Of a stretch of 57,886 nt of DNA, positions 26,977 to 36,093 are shown piece after piece. Location of the stretch: positions 1 to 57,886 of the IMG/VR virus record IMGVR_UViG_3300021403_000001. One strand, 5' to 3'. Source of the stretch: a virus. Taxonomy: Duplodnaviria > Caudoviricetes. Below the pieces are notes generated by a model. That model ran no database searches. It saw nothing but the letters and a program-made list of their open reading frames with translations, and had not been told where the DNA came from. The translations under genes and the position numbers were made by a program. How positions within the stretch are numbered: position 1 is the stretch's first letter; every line of letters begins with the position of its first letter.

Positions 26977-27540
26977 TCAGGCTTCCTCAAGCTCGGCTTC
27001 AGCCTCTTGCTCGGCTTCCGCTTCCAACTTCTTGAAACCAGACGCAAGATCGGCCTGCCCTTCGTGCCATCCTCGGAGCCATGATTGATCCTGCGGCGTG
27101 CTCGGATCGTGAGGCGATTTGCAGGACTCACCCCGCGCGCCCGCAATCTTCCCCTCCGCGTAAGCGGTATCGACCGCCGGTGTCCGGTCAACTTGGTCGA
27201 TCCAATCGAGCTGCGAACCGATGGGGTGGTTGAGGAACTGCGCGATCTGCGCCTCGCGGCGGCGCTTGTCCATCATCTCCGCGTCGTCGCTCTTTCGGAG
27301 CTTCAGGGCGAAGTCGATTTCGAAGGCATCGAAGCCATAGGAGATGATCCGCTTTCGCTGGCTGCGGATCGCGGCGACGACCTCATCCTTCTCTTCGATG
27401 TGCGCCTCCAGATCGGTGATGCCGCGGATAAACAGCGCTTGCCTCTCGGCATCGGTCAGGGCGGAATTATGTCCCGGCTGCGCGGCGGTCTGTTCTTCGA
27501 GTTGCTGTTCTTCGGACTTTTTGCGTCTTCCCATTTCCAT
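26977..27540 (-). CDS. GapR/DUF2312-like domain fused to an RMF-like domain
   Basis: PGHNS...EEKDEV...GFD...LKLRKSD; C-terminal AYAEGKIAGARGESCKSPH...WLRGWHEG. Confidence 0.6.
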   Translation of the reverse strand: MEMGRRKKSEEQQLEEQTAAQPGHNSALTDAERQALFIRGITDLEAHIEEKDEVVAAIRSQRKRIISYGFDAFEIDFALKLRKSDDAEMMDKRRREAQIAQFLNHPIGSQLDWIDQVDRTPAVDTAYAEGKIAGARGESCKSPHDPSTPQDQSWLRGWHEGQADLASGFKKLEAEAEQEAEAELEEA

Positions 27541-27544
27541 TCTC

Positions 27545-27898
27545 CTATGCTGCTTCTAGTTTTTTTAAACGCCATCCAATCTGATCGCTGGTGTTGCGCG
27601 TGATCGTGTAGCCAAGGCGCTCCAGCTTTTTGCGCAACCGCCCCATGATAATGGAGAGCGTGTTTAGGTTTTCGGGGCCGCCGTCTGCGCGGTCGTGATA
27701 AACATACTTGGCTAGGTCATCGAGAGTAGCGAAGTGGCGCTTGTGCCAAAGCGCGTTGAAAATACGACCCTCAGTGCATGTAAGATGAACCGCGCGCCCG
27801 TCTGCCTCAAACACCCGCGTTATGCTCTCCCAAACGAGCTTGCGCGGCATTGGGTGGCCGCAGAGCGGGCAATGACAATGGATCATGGGCGCATTCAT
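27545..27898 (-). CDS. OmpR-type winged-helix protein with an N-terminal CxxC
   Basis: CPLCG; VHLTCTEGRIFNAL; NTLSIIMGRLRKKL. Confidence 0.7.
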   Translation of the reverse strand: MNAPMIHCHCPLCGHPMPRKLVWESITRVFEADGRAVHLTCTEGRIFNALWHKRHFATLDDLAKYVYHDRADGGPENLNTLSIIMGRLRKKLERLGYTITRNTSDQIGWRLKKLEAA

Positions 27899-28230
27899 GC
27901 CGCAGCCCCGAGCACTTGCCGCAAAAGCTCGTTGGTGGCCGTCTCGCGCTGAATATTCTGCTCTTGCGCGTATTGATCGACCAGCCGGCAGATTTCAGGG
28001 CTGAGCGTTACGCCGGTTTCTTCAATGATGCTGAAGTCCCGCGAGCGGCGGCTGTTCTTCTTGATCGCGCCCCGTTCCTCCAAATCCTGCATGATGTGGG
28101 CCACGCGCCCGCGCGATTTCACGCCGATGCCCTGCCCCATTTCGAGATATGACGGCATCACTCCCCGCTCACCGCGATAGAAGCGGATGAACTTGAGCAG
28201 TTCAAGCTGGCGCGGGGTGAGGTTGCTCAT
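27895..28230 (-). CDS. LexA-type DNA-binding domain protein (no peptidase domain)
   Basis: LTPRQLELLKFI...GVMPSYLEM...SRGRVAHIMQDLEERGAI. Confidence 0.8.
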   Translation of the reverse strand: MSNLTPRQLELLKFIRFYRGERGVMPSYLEMGQGIGVKSRGRVAHIMQDLEERGAIKKNSRRSRDFSIIEETGVTLSPEICRLVDQYAQEQNIQRETATNELLRQVLGAAA

Positions 28231-28763
28231 GCCACCTTCCGATGAAGGCGCAGCGCGCTTTGCTCACCGCGCGTGCCGTGGCCGGTGCCGAGTAGGAAAT
28301 GCGGCTTACAATATGAGCTACTGCCGAAAGGCAGGTGCCCGCAGTACGTCATCACGTCGGGCGACGGATCGCTGCCGATGGGCCACCTACACGTCTTGTC
28401 CGTGAGCTCCATGATCTTGACGCCAAGGGGCTCAATGCGTGGCTCTTCCTTGCAGACGAACGGCTGGGGCCGAACTTGTGGGCCGCGATTGATCGCCTGC
28501 ACCTGAGCGCCGACTCCCATGGCAAAACGACTTGCCCGCTTGTCGCGCTTCGCTTGGGCCGCGCGTTCGTCACGCGCTTTTTTCAATTCAGCGCGGCGCT
28601 CTGGCGGGTTTGGCTCTTTGCGCTTTAGGCCGAGCCTGCAGCATTGGCGAGAGATGGCTCCCTTGGTCACGCCGAAGCGATCGGCCATCTTCTGGTAGGT
28701 AGCACCTTCCGCGAACATCTGTTGGAAGTTAGCTTTGGCGCGGTCGTCCCAATCAATCTTCAT
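28227..28763 (-). CDS. gcrA: GcrA-like cell-cycle regulator
   Basis: N-terminal DW...GVTKGAISRQCCRLGL; C-terminal IMELTDKTCRWPIGSDP...YCG...YCKPH. Confidence 0.8.
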   Translation of the reverse strand: MKIDWDDRAKANFQQMFAEGATYQKMADRFGVTKGAISRQCCRLGLKRKEPNPPERRAELKKARDERAAQAKRDKRASRFAMGVGAQVQAINRGPQVRPQPFVCKEEPRIEPLGVKIMELTDKTCRWPIGSDPSPDVMTYCGHLPFGSSSYCKPHFLLGTGHGTRGEQSALRLHRKVA

Positions 28764-28796
28764 CAGCGATTTCCCCTAATCCAAGGCGCAATCCAT

Positions 28797-29210
28797 TCAG
28801 CTAGATCGGCAAGCCGACCGCCCCAGGAAATCAATCTGAGGGCGATAAAAGTCCGAGTCGCCTTGAACGAGACGGCTTTCGAGTATCGCGAGCCGCGTCC
28901 GTAGTTCGTGGAGTTCATTCGCTGCTTCCCTAGACCGTTTGCGCTGCAAGGCTTCTTTGATGGCATCAACTTCGAACTGCTCAACGCGGCGCGCTTTGCT
29001 GTACCAAAGGTCAAACGTGCGCCAGTAAGTGAACCCGACCGCTCCAGCGGCGCGCTCAATCGCTCGCTTGACCCGCTCACCGAACACAGGCGACGCCAAC
29101 TCTTTCAGGCAAATTGCAGCTTCACTGACCTGCATACGCGCCTCCCTCCCATCACTATTGGGAAGGTTCTCATTTCCCTCCCAATTCCCAAGCCGCAGGT
29201 TCCTAACCAT
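28797..29210 (-). CDS. Phage regulatory protein (CII position)
   Basis: VKRAIERAAGAVGFTYWRTFDLWY helix-turn-helix-like segment; start uncertain. Confidence 0.55.
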   Translation of the reverse strand: MVRNLRLGNWEGNENLPNSDGREARMQVSEAAICLKELASPVFGERVKRAIERAAGAVGFTYWRTFDLWYSKARRVEQFEVDAIKEALQRKRSREAANELHELRTRLAILESRLVQGDSDFYRPQIDFLGRSACRSS

Positions 29211-29517
29211 GAAACCCGCAATGAAAACGCTTTACGAAAACTCACCCGCAGCCCGCACAGCGGCCCTTGGTGCAACGCGCCAGATGATCGCCGACGCGCA
29301 ATTCGGCGCGCTCGTGGCAGCACTGATCGACTGCAACGCCGTTCCGCACAACGTCATGGCTGCGACTCTGAAAAGGCTTGCGGATGGATTGATCGCGAAG
29401 GCGCGCGGAGAGATGGAAACGGACCGGCTGATCTATCCTGCGGAGGCGTTTGACCGAGCGCGTGAGATTCACGAAATGGCGGTGCGACTAGGCGGCCGAT
29501 CAGGTGCCCGAGCATGA
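29209..29517 (+). CDS. Hypothetical protein (opposite strand)
   Basis: 102-aa helical ORF filling the gap. Confidence 0.45.
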   Translation: MKPAMKTLYENSPAARTAALGATRQMIADAQFGALVAALIDCNAVPHNVMAATLKRLADGLIAKARGEMETDRLIYPAEAFDRAREIHEMAVRLGGRSGARA

Positions 29518-29559
29518 ATCCGGCAAACGGCGCGACAACCAAAGCAGCGACGGCCCAGA

Positions 29560-29763
29560 TCATGCGGCACCTTCAACGGATTGAGCCGCGTGGCGTTTAT
29601 CGGCATCGGCAATGGCTCGAGAAAGCGCGCTGGGCAAGTTCCGGCCAAAGACCGCGCATCGTGTCGAATGCGTCAGTCCCTTGCGGAGAACTTCAAAACC
29701 GGTTGCGGTTCGGAGAACCCAGTGCGTGGAGTTCTCGTGCATGATGTCGGCTTCGCTGGTCAT
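29560..29763 (-). CDS. Hypothetical protein
   Basis: Coupled to cro (ATGA). Confidence 0.6.
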   Translation of the reverse strand: MTSEADIMHENSTHWVLRTATGFEVLRKGLTHSTRCAVFGRNLPSALSRAIADADKRHAAQSVEGAA

Positions 29764-29981
29764 GCGGCCGTCTCATGCTCTGGCCAAGGAAGGTCCGGCC
29801 TCAACCCTTTCGCGGTCACCGTTCCACCGGTGGCCTTCTCGATCAGGAGAGCCAGTTCGGCCGAAACCCGGCCGCTATCCTTTGCCTGCCAAATAGACTG
29901 CTGCTTCACCCCACACGCCTCGGCAAGTTTTGCCTGCGAGCCGAGTTGCGAGATGGCCGTTTCGAGCAGTTCGCGTGTCAT
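29760..29981 (-). CDS. cro: Cro-like repressor (YdaS family)
   Basis: GSQAKLAEACGVKQQSIWQ...IEKATGGTVTAKGLRPDL; divergent from CI. Confidence 0.85.
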   Translation of the reverse strand: MTRELLETAISQLGSQAKLAEACGVKQQSIWQAKDSGRVSAELALLIEKATGGTVTAKGLRPDLPWPEHETAA

Positions 29982-29993
29982 AGCGAACCCTCT

Positions 29994-30058
29994 TAACAGG
30001 TGAAACAGTGAAACTCAACAGTTTTTTATGTCAGGACCGGCAACAGGAGAACCTGTAT
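29994..30058. promoter_or_regulatory. cro/cI operator region, ACAG-N6-CTGT sites
   Basis: CAACAGgagaacCTGTAT (30041-30058), CAACAGttttttATGTCA (30016-30033) and the weaker TAACAGgtgaaaCAGTGA (29994-30011). Confidence 0.65.
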
Positions 30059-30070
30059 GCTGTCCCGACC

Positions 30071-30715
30071 ATGGAACCCACGGAAGTCGGCGCCGTCATT
30101 CGCGCAAAACGAGAGGAAAAAGGTTGGTCGCAGGGCGATTTGGCCCGCGCGATTGGCATCAAGCAGCAATCGATCGATGCTGTGGAAAGCGGCCGCACCG
30201 CCAAGAGCAAACATCTGCCTGAAATCATTGCCGAGCTCGGTATACCGCCTGAAAGGGTCGGCCTCCCGAAACAACCGGCCGGCGACGGCATGATTCTGCA
30301 GCCGCTCACTCGAGACCGCGATTTCCCGATTTATGCCTCGGTTGAGGGCGGCCCCGGCGAGATCATCAGATCCACCGAGCCGGTCGATTGGTACCCGCGC
30401 CCTGCCCCGGTCGCGCACGTCCGGGATGCGTACGGCCTGTTCGTGGTCGGTGATTCCATGGCGCCGGAGTTCGAGCCCGCGGATATCGCCCTGGTAAACC
30501 CTATCCTGCCGCCATTAGCGGGCAAGCCGTGCATTTTTTATGCGGAACGGCAGGGAGAAGCCAAGGCCACCATAAAGCGCTTCCTGCGGGCCTCCCCGGC
30601 CGTCTGGCACGTGTTCCAACACAACCCGCCGCGGGGCATGGCCCACGAGTTCACCCTCTCGCGTAAGGAGTGGTCGATATGCCACCGCGTGCTTGGAAAG
30701 TACTACCCGCAATAG
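30071..30715 (+). CDS. cI: CI repressor (HTH plus S24 peptidase)
   Basis: WSQGDLARAIGIKQQSIDAVESG; VVGDSMAPEF; ATIKR. Confidence 0.9.
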   Translation: MEPTEVGAVIRAKREEKGWSQGDLARAIGIKQQSIDAVESGRTAKSKHLPEIIAELGIPPERVGLPKQPAGDGMILQPLTRDRDFPIYASVEGGPGEIIRSTEPVDWYPRPAPVAHVRDAYGLFVVGDSMAPEFEPADIALVNPILPPLAGKPCIFYAERQGEAKATIKRFLRASPAVWHVFQHNPPRGMAHEFTLSRKEWSICHRVLGKYYPQ

Positions 30716-30954
30716 CCGCGCTGCTCTTGGCAGCCTGCGACTTGACGACACGCGCCCCAGGCTATGAAACAAGCACGATGCACGCTGATGGTTCTCCTGT
30801 GACGGCCGAAGAAAAGGCCGAGGCATTGTCGCGCCACAAGTCAGAATGCCAGCGGCTTTATGGAATGCTGGGAGACCGCTCTCTGACCGCACAACAAATC
30901 GAAGCAATCCGGGTCAGCATGAACGCAAAGTTGTGCGCTGGGTTGGTGCCCTGA
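30679..30954 (+). CDS. Lipoprotein co-transcribed with cI
   Basis: Lipobox LLAA-C after a basic/hydrophobic N-terminus. Confidence 0.55.
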   Translation: MPPRAWKVLPAIAALLLAACDLTTRAPGYETSTMHADGSPVTAEEKAEALSRHKSECQRLYGMLGDRSLTAQQIEAIRVSMNAKLCAGLVP

Positions 30955-30955
30955 T

Positions 30956-31522
30956 CTATCGTCCTACAATCCTAGCGCATTGAAAACTATAGACTTTATC
31001 ATCGAAAGCGATTCCACCCGTGATTATGGCCGTCTCAGGCCGACCGCCGATCACTTGCTCCACGGTCGGCATTTGGCCACCAAAATACGCCAAAACCTCT
31101 GGCAGATCGGCCAACAGATAGCCCTTTCCCGCATTGTTAACCGCCATCACAACCTGATGCAGTAACTTGGCCTCGAGACTGTCCTTAGCGTGAATTGGAG
31201 TAGGCTTCCGTTCCTCAGGAGCAATCTGGCTGATCGGAACGCCAGCGAGAAGCGCCGCTTTCCATCCTTTAGGAGGCGGCCACGAAACACCCCACTTGGC
31301 CAACGTGTCACGAGTCCATGCGCCGCCCGGAGATTTGGCCGATTCGATTTCTTCAGCGGTGACAATACGGAATGGCGTTCCGGTGACTTCTCCGCAAACC
31401 GCGCGTTCCAGGTCATCCCAATTGTCGATCTTGGTGCTTTTTCTGCGCCTTGGCCTTCCGCCTGGGTACATCTGCTCTGATGCGCGCGGTTGTTTTGCTT
31501 TAGACCAATTGAGCTTGACCAT
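30956..31522 (-). CDS. Hypothetical protein
   Basis: RBS GAGAGGA; GGAWTRDTLAKWGVSWPPPKGWK motif. Confidence 0.65.
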   Translation of the reverse strand: MVKLNWSKAKQPRASEQMYPGGRPRRRKSTKIDNWDDLERAVCGEVTGTPFRIVTAEEIESAKSPGGAWTRDTLAKWGVSWPPPKGWKAALLAGVPISQIAPEERKPTPIHAKDSLEAKLLHQVVMAVNNAGKGYLLADLPEVLAYFGGQMPTVEQVIGGRPETAIITGGIAFDDKVYSFQCARIVGR

Positions 31523-31619
31523 TTCCTCTCTCCACGACTAGCAGTGTTTTATCAAAGGTTATTTGGTCTAAGTTATTGATCTTAAGGTCTAAAACCTCAG
31601 TTCAGATTGGTGTATCCCC

Positions 31620-31835
31620 AAAGACCCCCCTACCCCCCATGGAACCATGGGAAGGCGGGAGATCGTTGGGTGTCCGAAACCTTCAGACGAGTTGGTTGCA
31701 GAGCCCCAAGGCACCTTACGGTTAGCCTGTCCTCAGTACCCCAGCCGCGCCGTAGGACTTTCGACCCTGCGCGTGCCGCCCTTACTGGGTGAGCCCCGAC
31801 GCTTTCGCGCCTCGGCAATGGTGACGGCGGAAGAG
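31620..31835 (-). ncRNA. Candidate structured RNA with GNRA hairpins ending in G6-UA-G6
   Basis: GGCGC-GAAA-GCGUC, AGGGUC-GAAA-GUCCU, ACC-GUAA-GGU, UCUGAA-GGU-UUCGGA and CCCAUGG-UU-CCAUGGG; GGGGGGUAGGGGGG at 31625-31638. Confidence 0.55.
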
Positions 31836-31856
31836 CCATACCATAAATTTTGCCTG

Positions 31857-31899
31857 TTACAAACTTTCCTGTTGACTTAACAGTTTTAGCTGTTAGATT
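31857..31899 (+). promoter_or_regulatory. PL-like early promoter with operators
   Basis: TTGACT-16-TAGATT with extended -10 TG; perfect TAACAG-N6-CTGTTA (31878-31895) and TTACAA-N6-CTGTTG (31857-31874) match the cro/cI sites. Confidence 0.75.
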
Positions 31900-31928
31900 T
31901 CTTCCCATCAGAGATTGGGGAGACCGAA

Positions 31929-32920
31929 ATGACCGCACCAGCCCATTCCTACTACGTCGTCATGATCGACTACGGCCGCAAAGGTCGCGAAGCGATTGTT
32001 GACCCGGAAGTGACGCGCCGTGAAGTCGTCTCCAGGATCAAGTCCGGCGAGTATGGGCCGATCAACTTCATCCACTTCGTGGAAGTCTATGCAGACGGAT
32101 GGGGCCGCTCCACCGACGTGACTAATGAGGTGTTGAACGAGGCTGATTTCTACAATCAGCAGGCAGCGGAGTAGCAGCGATGGCAACCGTCAAGGTTCAA
32201 GCCCGCTATCTCCAATCTGGCGATCAGGTCGGCTCCGGTGAAATCGTGACATGGGTTGGCGCTGGCGTTCGCACGCCGCGCGGCAAGGTCGAAGTGGTCC
32301 TTGAGAAGGACGGTAGCCGCCGCCTCGCTATCTGGGGCGCGTCCACCACGATCAACGTCCGGAGGGCTGCGTAATGCTCAGTCTCAGCCAGCGCCTTTTC
32401 CTATCCGCCCTCCTCGCCATCAATGAGGCAATGGTCGAGAGTTTCCCCGATCACCCGGAGGCTCCGAAACTGCGCGAAGTCATAGACGCAGTGAAGCGCG
32501 CCTTCGCGCCGCGCCTTCCGACGCTGATCATCGCCGATCCTTATTTCGACGCGGATGAACTTGAGATCGGAGCAAGCGCATGACCCGCGCCGAACTGACC
32601 ATTGACCTCTTTGGCCTCATCTGCCTCGTCGCGATCTGGTTTGCTGTGTGGGTGGTGCTGCCATGAACGCGCCAGCAGCAAAGCAGCAAGAGCCGACGTT
32701 CTTTACTGGGACCAGCTTCGCGGTCGGTGAAATCGAACTCGGTCTCCGCGTCCTCGCCGCGAAAACCCGCGACCTCAAGCGCGGCAATGAGACCGGCAGC
32801 GCCGTGGATCAGAAGCTGGCGGCTGAGGCCATCTCGAAATTGGCAGGGCAGATCGCCGTGCTCGCGGACACGCTCGTTCGCGTCAGTTGTGCTCACCTAA
32901 ATCGGAGGCCCAGGCCGTGA
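31929..32920 (+). other. Run of small early genes (31929-32174, 32180-32374, 32374-32583, 32663-32920)
   Basis: Tightly coupled short ORFs after the PL-like promoter. Confidence 0.6.
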
Positions 32921-33855
32921 CCCAACAGGCTGACCAATACTCATTCTGGCGTCGCCGCCTCACGGGCGAGATTGTCCCGATCCATGACAGCGAGCCGCAA
33001 GCCGGTTTCTATCGGATGAAAAGCCGCGACGGGGAATGGAAGCCCGTAGCGTACTGGTTTACCCGAGATGGCAGCTTGCGTTGCCGGATAGGCACATCAG
33101 ATGTCACCGACCAGATAGCTAACGAGCGCTGGCCATGGGCATCGAAGCACCCGATTACCCACGAAGTTTACAAGGCCGTCATTGCTGGCGAAGCGTGGCC
33201 CGATCAGCATGAGTCCGTCATTCGCGACCGTGCCAACTCTGTCGGCGCCCCTGACGAAGTGTCTTTCGATGGGCTCAAGGATCGCATTGAGGACCTGGCG
33301 CGCGATGCCGAGCGCCTGATTGGCGAAGGCGCAGCCAAGGATCAATCCGCAGCAGACCGCGCGTCCGACCTCGCGAACCGCTTGGCTGAGCTCCAAAAGC
33401 AGGCCGATGCTGCGCGCATTGTCGAAAAAAAACCCCATGATGACGCCGCGGCCGCCGTGCAGGCCAAGTGGAAGCCGATTCTTGCAGCGGCTGATGTCTA
33501 TAAGCGCATCAAAGCTGCGGTGATCACGCCGTTCCTGGTAGCAGAGGATGCCAAGCGGCGCGCAGCCGAAGAAGCAGCACGCAAGGCCGCTGCTGATGCC
33601 GCCAAGGCTGGCCAGCCGATACCGGATGCGCCGCAAATGCAGCGCTCGGCACCGAAGGCGGGAAGTGGTGGACGCCGATCTGTCGCGCTACGCACCGTGC
33701 GCGTCGTTACCATTACCGACCGCGCCGCGTTGCTCGCGTTCTTCTCGGGCAATGAGCAGATCACCGAAGTCCTGCAGAGACTCGCTGAGAAGGCATCCGC
33801 CGCTGGCGTTGACGTGCCCGGCATTTCCGTCACCGAAGAACAGAGGGCAGCATGA
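32917..33855 (+). CDS. Hypothetical recombination-module protein (coiled coil)
   Basis: PQAGFYR...PVAYW N-domain; EKKPH...VQAKWKP helical region; directly upstream of bet. Confidence 0.7.
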   Translation: MTQQADQYSFWRRRLTGEIVPIHDSEPQAGFYRMKSRDGEWKPVAYWFTRDGSLRCRIGTSDVTDQIANERWPWASKHPITHEVYKAVIAGEAWPDQHESVIRDRANSVGAPDEVSFDGLKDRIEDLARDAERLIGEGAAKDQSAADRASDLANRLAELQKQADAARIVEKKPHDDAAAAVQAKWKPILAAADVYKRIKAAVITPFLVAEDAKRRAAEEAARKAAADAAKAGQPIPDAPQMQRSAPKAGSGGRRSVALRTVRVVTITDRAALLAFFSGNEQITEVLQRLAEKASAAGVDVPGISVTEEQRAA

Positions 33856-34715
33856 GCACGGCCGTTGCGAATGTCTCGGAACCCCCCGGCAGATCACTCT
33901 TGGCGGACATGGCTGGCCGCTATCACATGGAGCCGCAGAAATTTGCGGCGACCTTGCGCGCCACGGTGGTTCCAAAGACCGCCTCGAACGAGGAGTTCGC
34001 CGCATTCCTGATGGTGGCGAAGCACTACAACCTCAATCCGATCACCAAGGAAATCTATGCCTTCCCGAAGCAGGGTGGAGGCATTCAGCCAATCGTCTCG
34101 GTGGATGGCTGGGCCAACCTGATCAACTCGCATCCGCAGTGCGACGGTTTCGAGTTCGAAGATCATCTCAACGATAGCGGAGATTTGGTTTCGATTACCT
34201 GCAGGATGTATCGAAAGGACCGTTCCAAGACCACGACCGCGACCGAATACATGGTCGAATGCCGCCGCGAGACATCAACCTGGAAGCAATGGCCGCGCCG
34301 GATGCTGCGTCACAAGGCGCTGATTCAGGCCGCACGCTATGCCTTCGGATTCGCCGGCATTGTCGATCCGGACGAAGCAGAGCGCTTCACTACCTCACCG
34401 CAGCGCGTTCGCGATGTCACGCCGCGCGAGGAGCCGCCAGCACCGCCGCAGGTGGCCGCTATTGAGCCACCAAAGCCCGCACAGGCCACACCAGCACCTC
34501 AGACTGCTCAACCAGTCGACGATGTGCCGAGCCCCATGCAGGACACAGACGGTTTTTTGAGGATCATCACGGCAAAGCTTATGGCGGCGGAAGCCGTCGA
34601 AGGCCTCAACGAAATCTGGGATCGTTACGTCACGCCAGCCGAGAAAGACCTATTCCCGACCGATGTTGATGACCTCGTGTCCGTGTTCCGCAAGCGGGAG
34701 AGCGAGCTGGCATGA
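33852..34715 (+). CDS. bet: RecT/Bet single-strand annealing protein
   Basis: YNLNPITKEIYAFP, PIVSVDGW and WKQWPRRMLRHKALIQAARYAFGFAGIVDPDEAER motifs. Confidence 0.9.
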   Translation: MSTAVANVSEPPGRSLLADMAGRYHMEPQKFAATLRATVVPKTASNEEFAAFLMVAKHYNLNPITKEIYAFPKQGGGIQPIVSVDGWANLINSHPQCDGFEFEDHLNDSGDLVSITCRMYRKDRSKTTTATEYMVECRRETSTWKQWPRRMLRHKALIQAARYAFGFAGIVDPDEAERFTTSPQRVRDVTPREEPPAPPQVAAIEPPKPAQATPAPQTAQPVDDVPSPMQDTDGFLRIITAKLMAAEAVEGLNEIWDRYVTPAEKDLFPTDVDDLVSVFRKRESELA

Positions 34716-35488
34716 CGCGGGCACTCGTCACCATCCGCTGCGAGGAAGATCGGTTGCGGGCGTCCCGCTGGGCTTTGCGCGCACGACCAGGCATGCGCAT
34801 TGAGTTCAAGGAAGCCAAGCGCACGGTCGATCAGAACGCGCGGATGTGGGCAATGCTTACCGATGTTGCCAGTCAGTTGCCGTGGCACGGCATGAAGCTG
34901 ACGCCAGACGACTGGAAAATCCTGTTCCTTGATGCGCTCAAGCGCGAGATCAGAGCAATTCCGAACTTGAACGGGGACGGTTTTGTTAATCTCGGAAAGT
35001 CGTCTTCTGATCTGACGCGCGCCGAAATGAGTGACCTGATGGAGCTAATCTCCGCGTTCGGCACCAGCCACGGGGTCACATTCCACGACGACCAAGAAGA
35101 TTCCAATTCGACCGAACCCGCCCAGTCTCCCCAAGACTCTCAGGATCGGTCGGATAAGCCCGAGGCCAGCCTGCCTAGTTCGGTCTCGGGCAACCAATCG
35201 TCCGCAACTCCAGCCCGTGCGGATGAAGATGGGAGCGGTGCTTCACCCCCGACGCCGCTCCCATCGCTTCCGGAGGGCTGGGAAATTACCTACGCGGCAG
35301 CATTGCGGCGCGCTCAGAAGCCCATCAGCTTGGACAAGCTTGCAAGCCAGTGGTGGGCAACGCATGGCGGCTGGGAAACACATAAGAACGGCCCCAACGC
35401 GACAACCGCAGCGGCGATCTACACCGCCTTCAAAACCAACTTTGGCAACAAAGACGCGATTGAGCGCGACCTTCGGGAGATTTTCTAG
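34712..35488 (+). CDS. ninB: NinB/Orf recombination protein with a C-terminal extension
   Basis: RTVDQNARMWAMLTDVASQ...SSSDLTRAEMSDLMELISAFG..HGV. Confidence 0.8.
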   Translation: MTRALVTIRCEEDRLRASRWALRARPGMRIEFKEAKRTVDQNARMWAMLTDVASQLPWHGMKLTPDDWKILFLDALKREIRAIPNLNGDGFVNLGKSSSDLTRAEMSDLMELISAFGTSHGVTFHDDQEDSNSTEPAQSPQDSQDRSDKPEASLPSSVSGNQSSATPARADEDGSGASPPTPLPSLPEGWEITYAAALRRAQKPISLDKLASQWWATHGGWETHKNGPNATTAAAIYTAFKTNFGNKDAIERDLREIF

Positions 35489-36093
35489 TGTTGTTGTTTC
35501 TCGACACAGAGACGAGCGGCCTGATCAAGCGGAATTTCCCACTTGAGTCGCCAGAACAGCCGTGGATTGTCTCGATTGCTTGCCAGCTATGTTCCAGTGA
35601 CGGCACCGAGCTCGCCGCGCTCCGCACCACGATCCGCGCCCATGGTCGCGCCATTGGCGAAGCAGCCAAGGCCGTCCATGGGATTTCATCGCGTGACGCC
35701 GGCAAAGGCGGCATCGCGGAAAAGAGCGCCCTGCGCCTTCTCTGTGGCCACGAAAGCCTAGCGTCGCAATCTCGATACGTGATCGGCCACGGGCTAGACT
35801 TCGACCGCGACGTGATTTCCGGAAGCCTATTGCGGAATGGATGGGACCCAGCTGTCTGGCTGCGGCCCGGCTTGACCTTCATCGACACCATGATCAGCGT
35901 TGCGCCATTCTGCAAACTACCATCCGATCACGATAGCGGTTCTTACAAGTGGCCATCGCTGGATCAAGCTTGCGAGTTTCTTCTCGGTGAGCCTCCACGC
36001 GAAGGCCGTCACGATGCTTGGGACGATCTGAATCGCTGCAAGCGGCTGTATTTCTGGCTTCGCGAGCGAGGCGCTTTTGAGGTGGCGGCATGA
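35488..36093 (+). CDS. 3'-5' exonuclease (DEDDh)
   Basis: LDTETSGL, VHGI, GHGLDFD, DTM and HDAWDD motifs. Confidence 0.85.
   Translation: MLLFLDTETSGLIKRNFPLESPEQPWIVSIACQLCSSDGTELAALRTTIRAHGRAIGEAAKAVHGISSRDAGKGGIAEKSALRLLCGHESLASQSRYVIGHGLDFDRDVISGSLLRNGWDPAVWLRPGLTFIDTMISVAPFCKLPSDHDSGSYKWPSLDQACEFLLGEPPREGRHDAWDDLNRCKRLYFWLRERGAFEVAA

Noticed and set aside
30008-30070. Extended N-terminus of CI from GTG 30008
   Set aside because: The region holds operators and a TATGCT -10; the HTH begins right after ATG 30071
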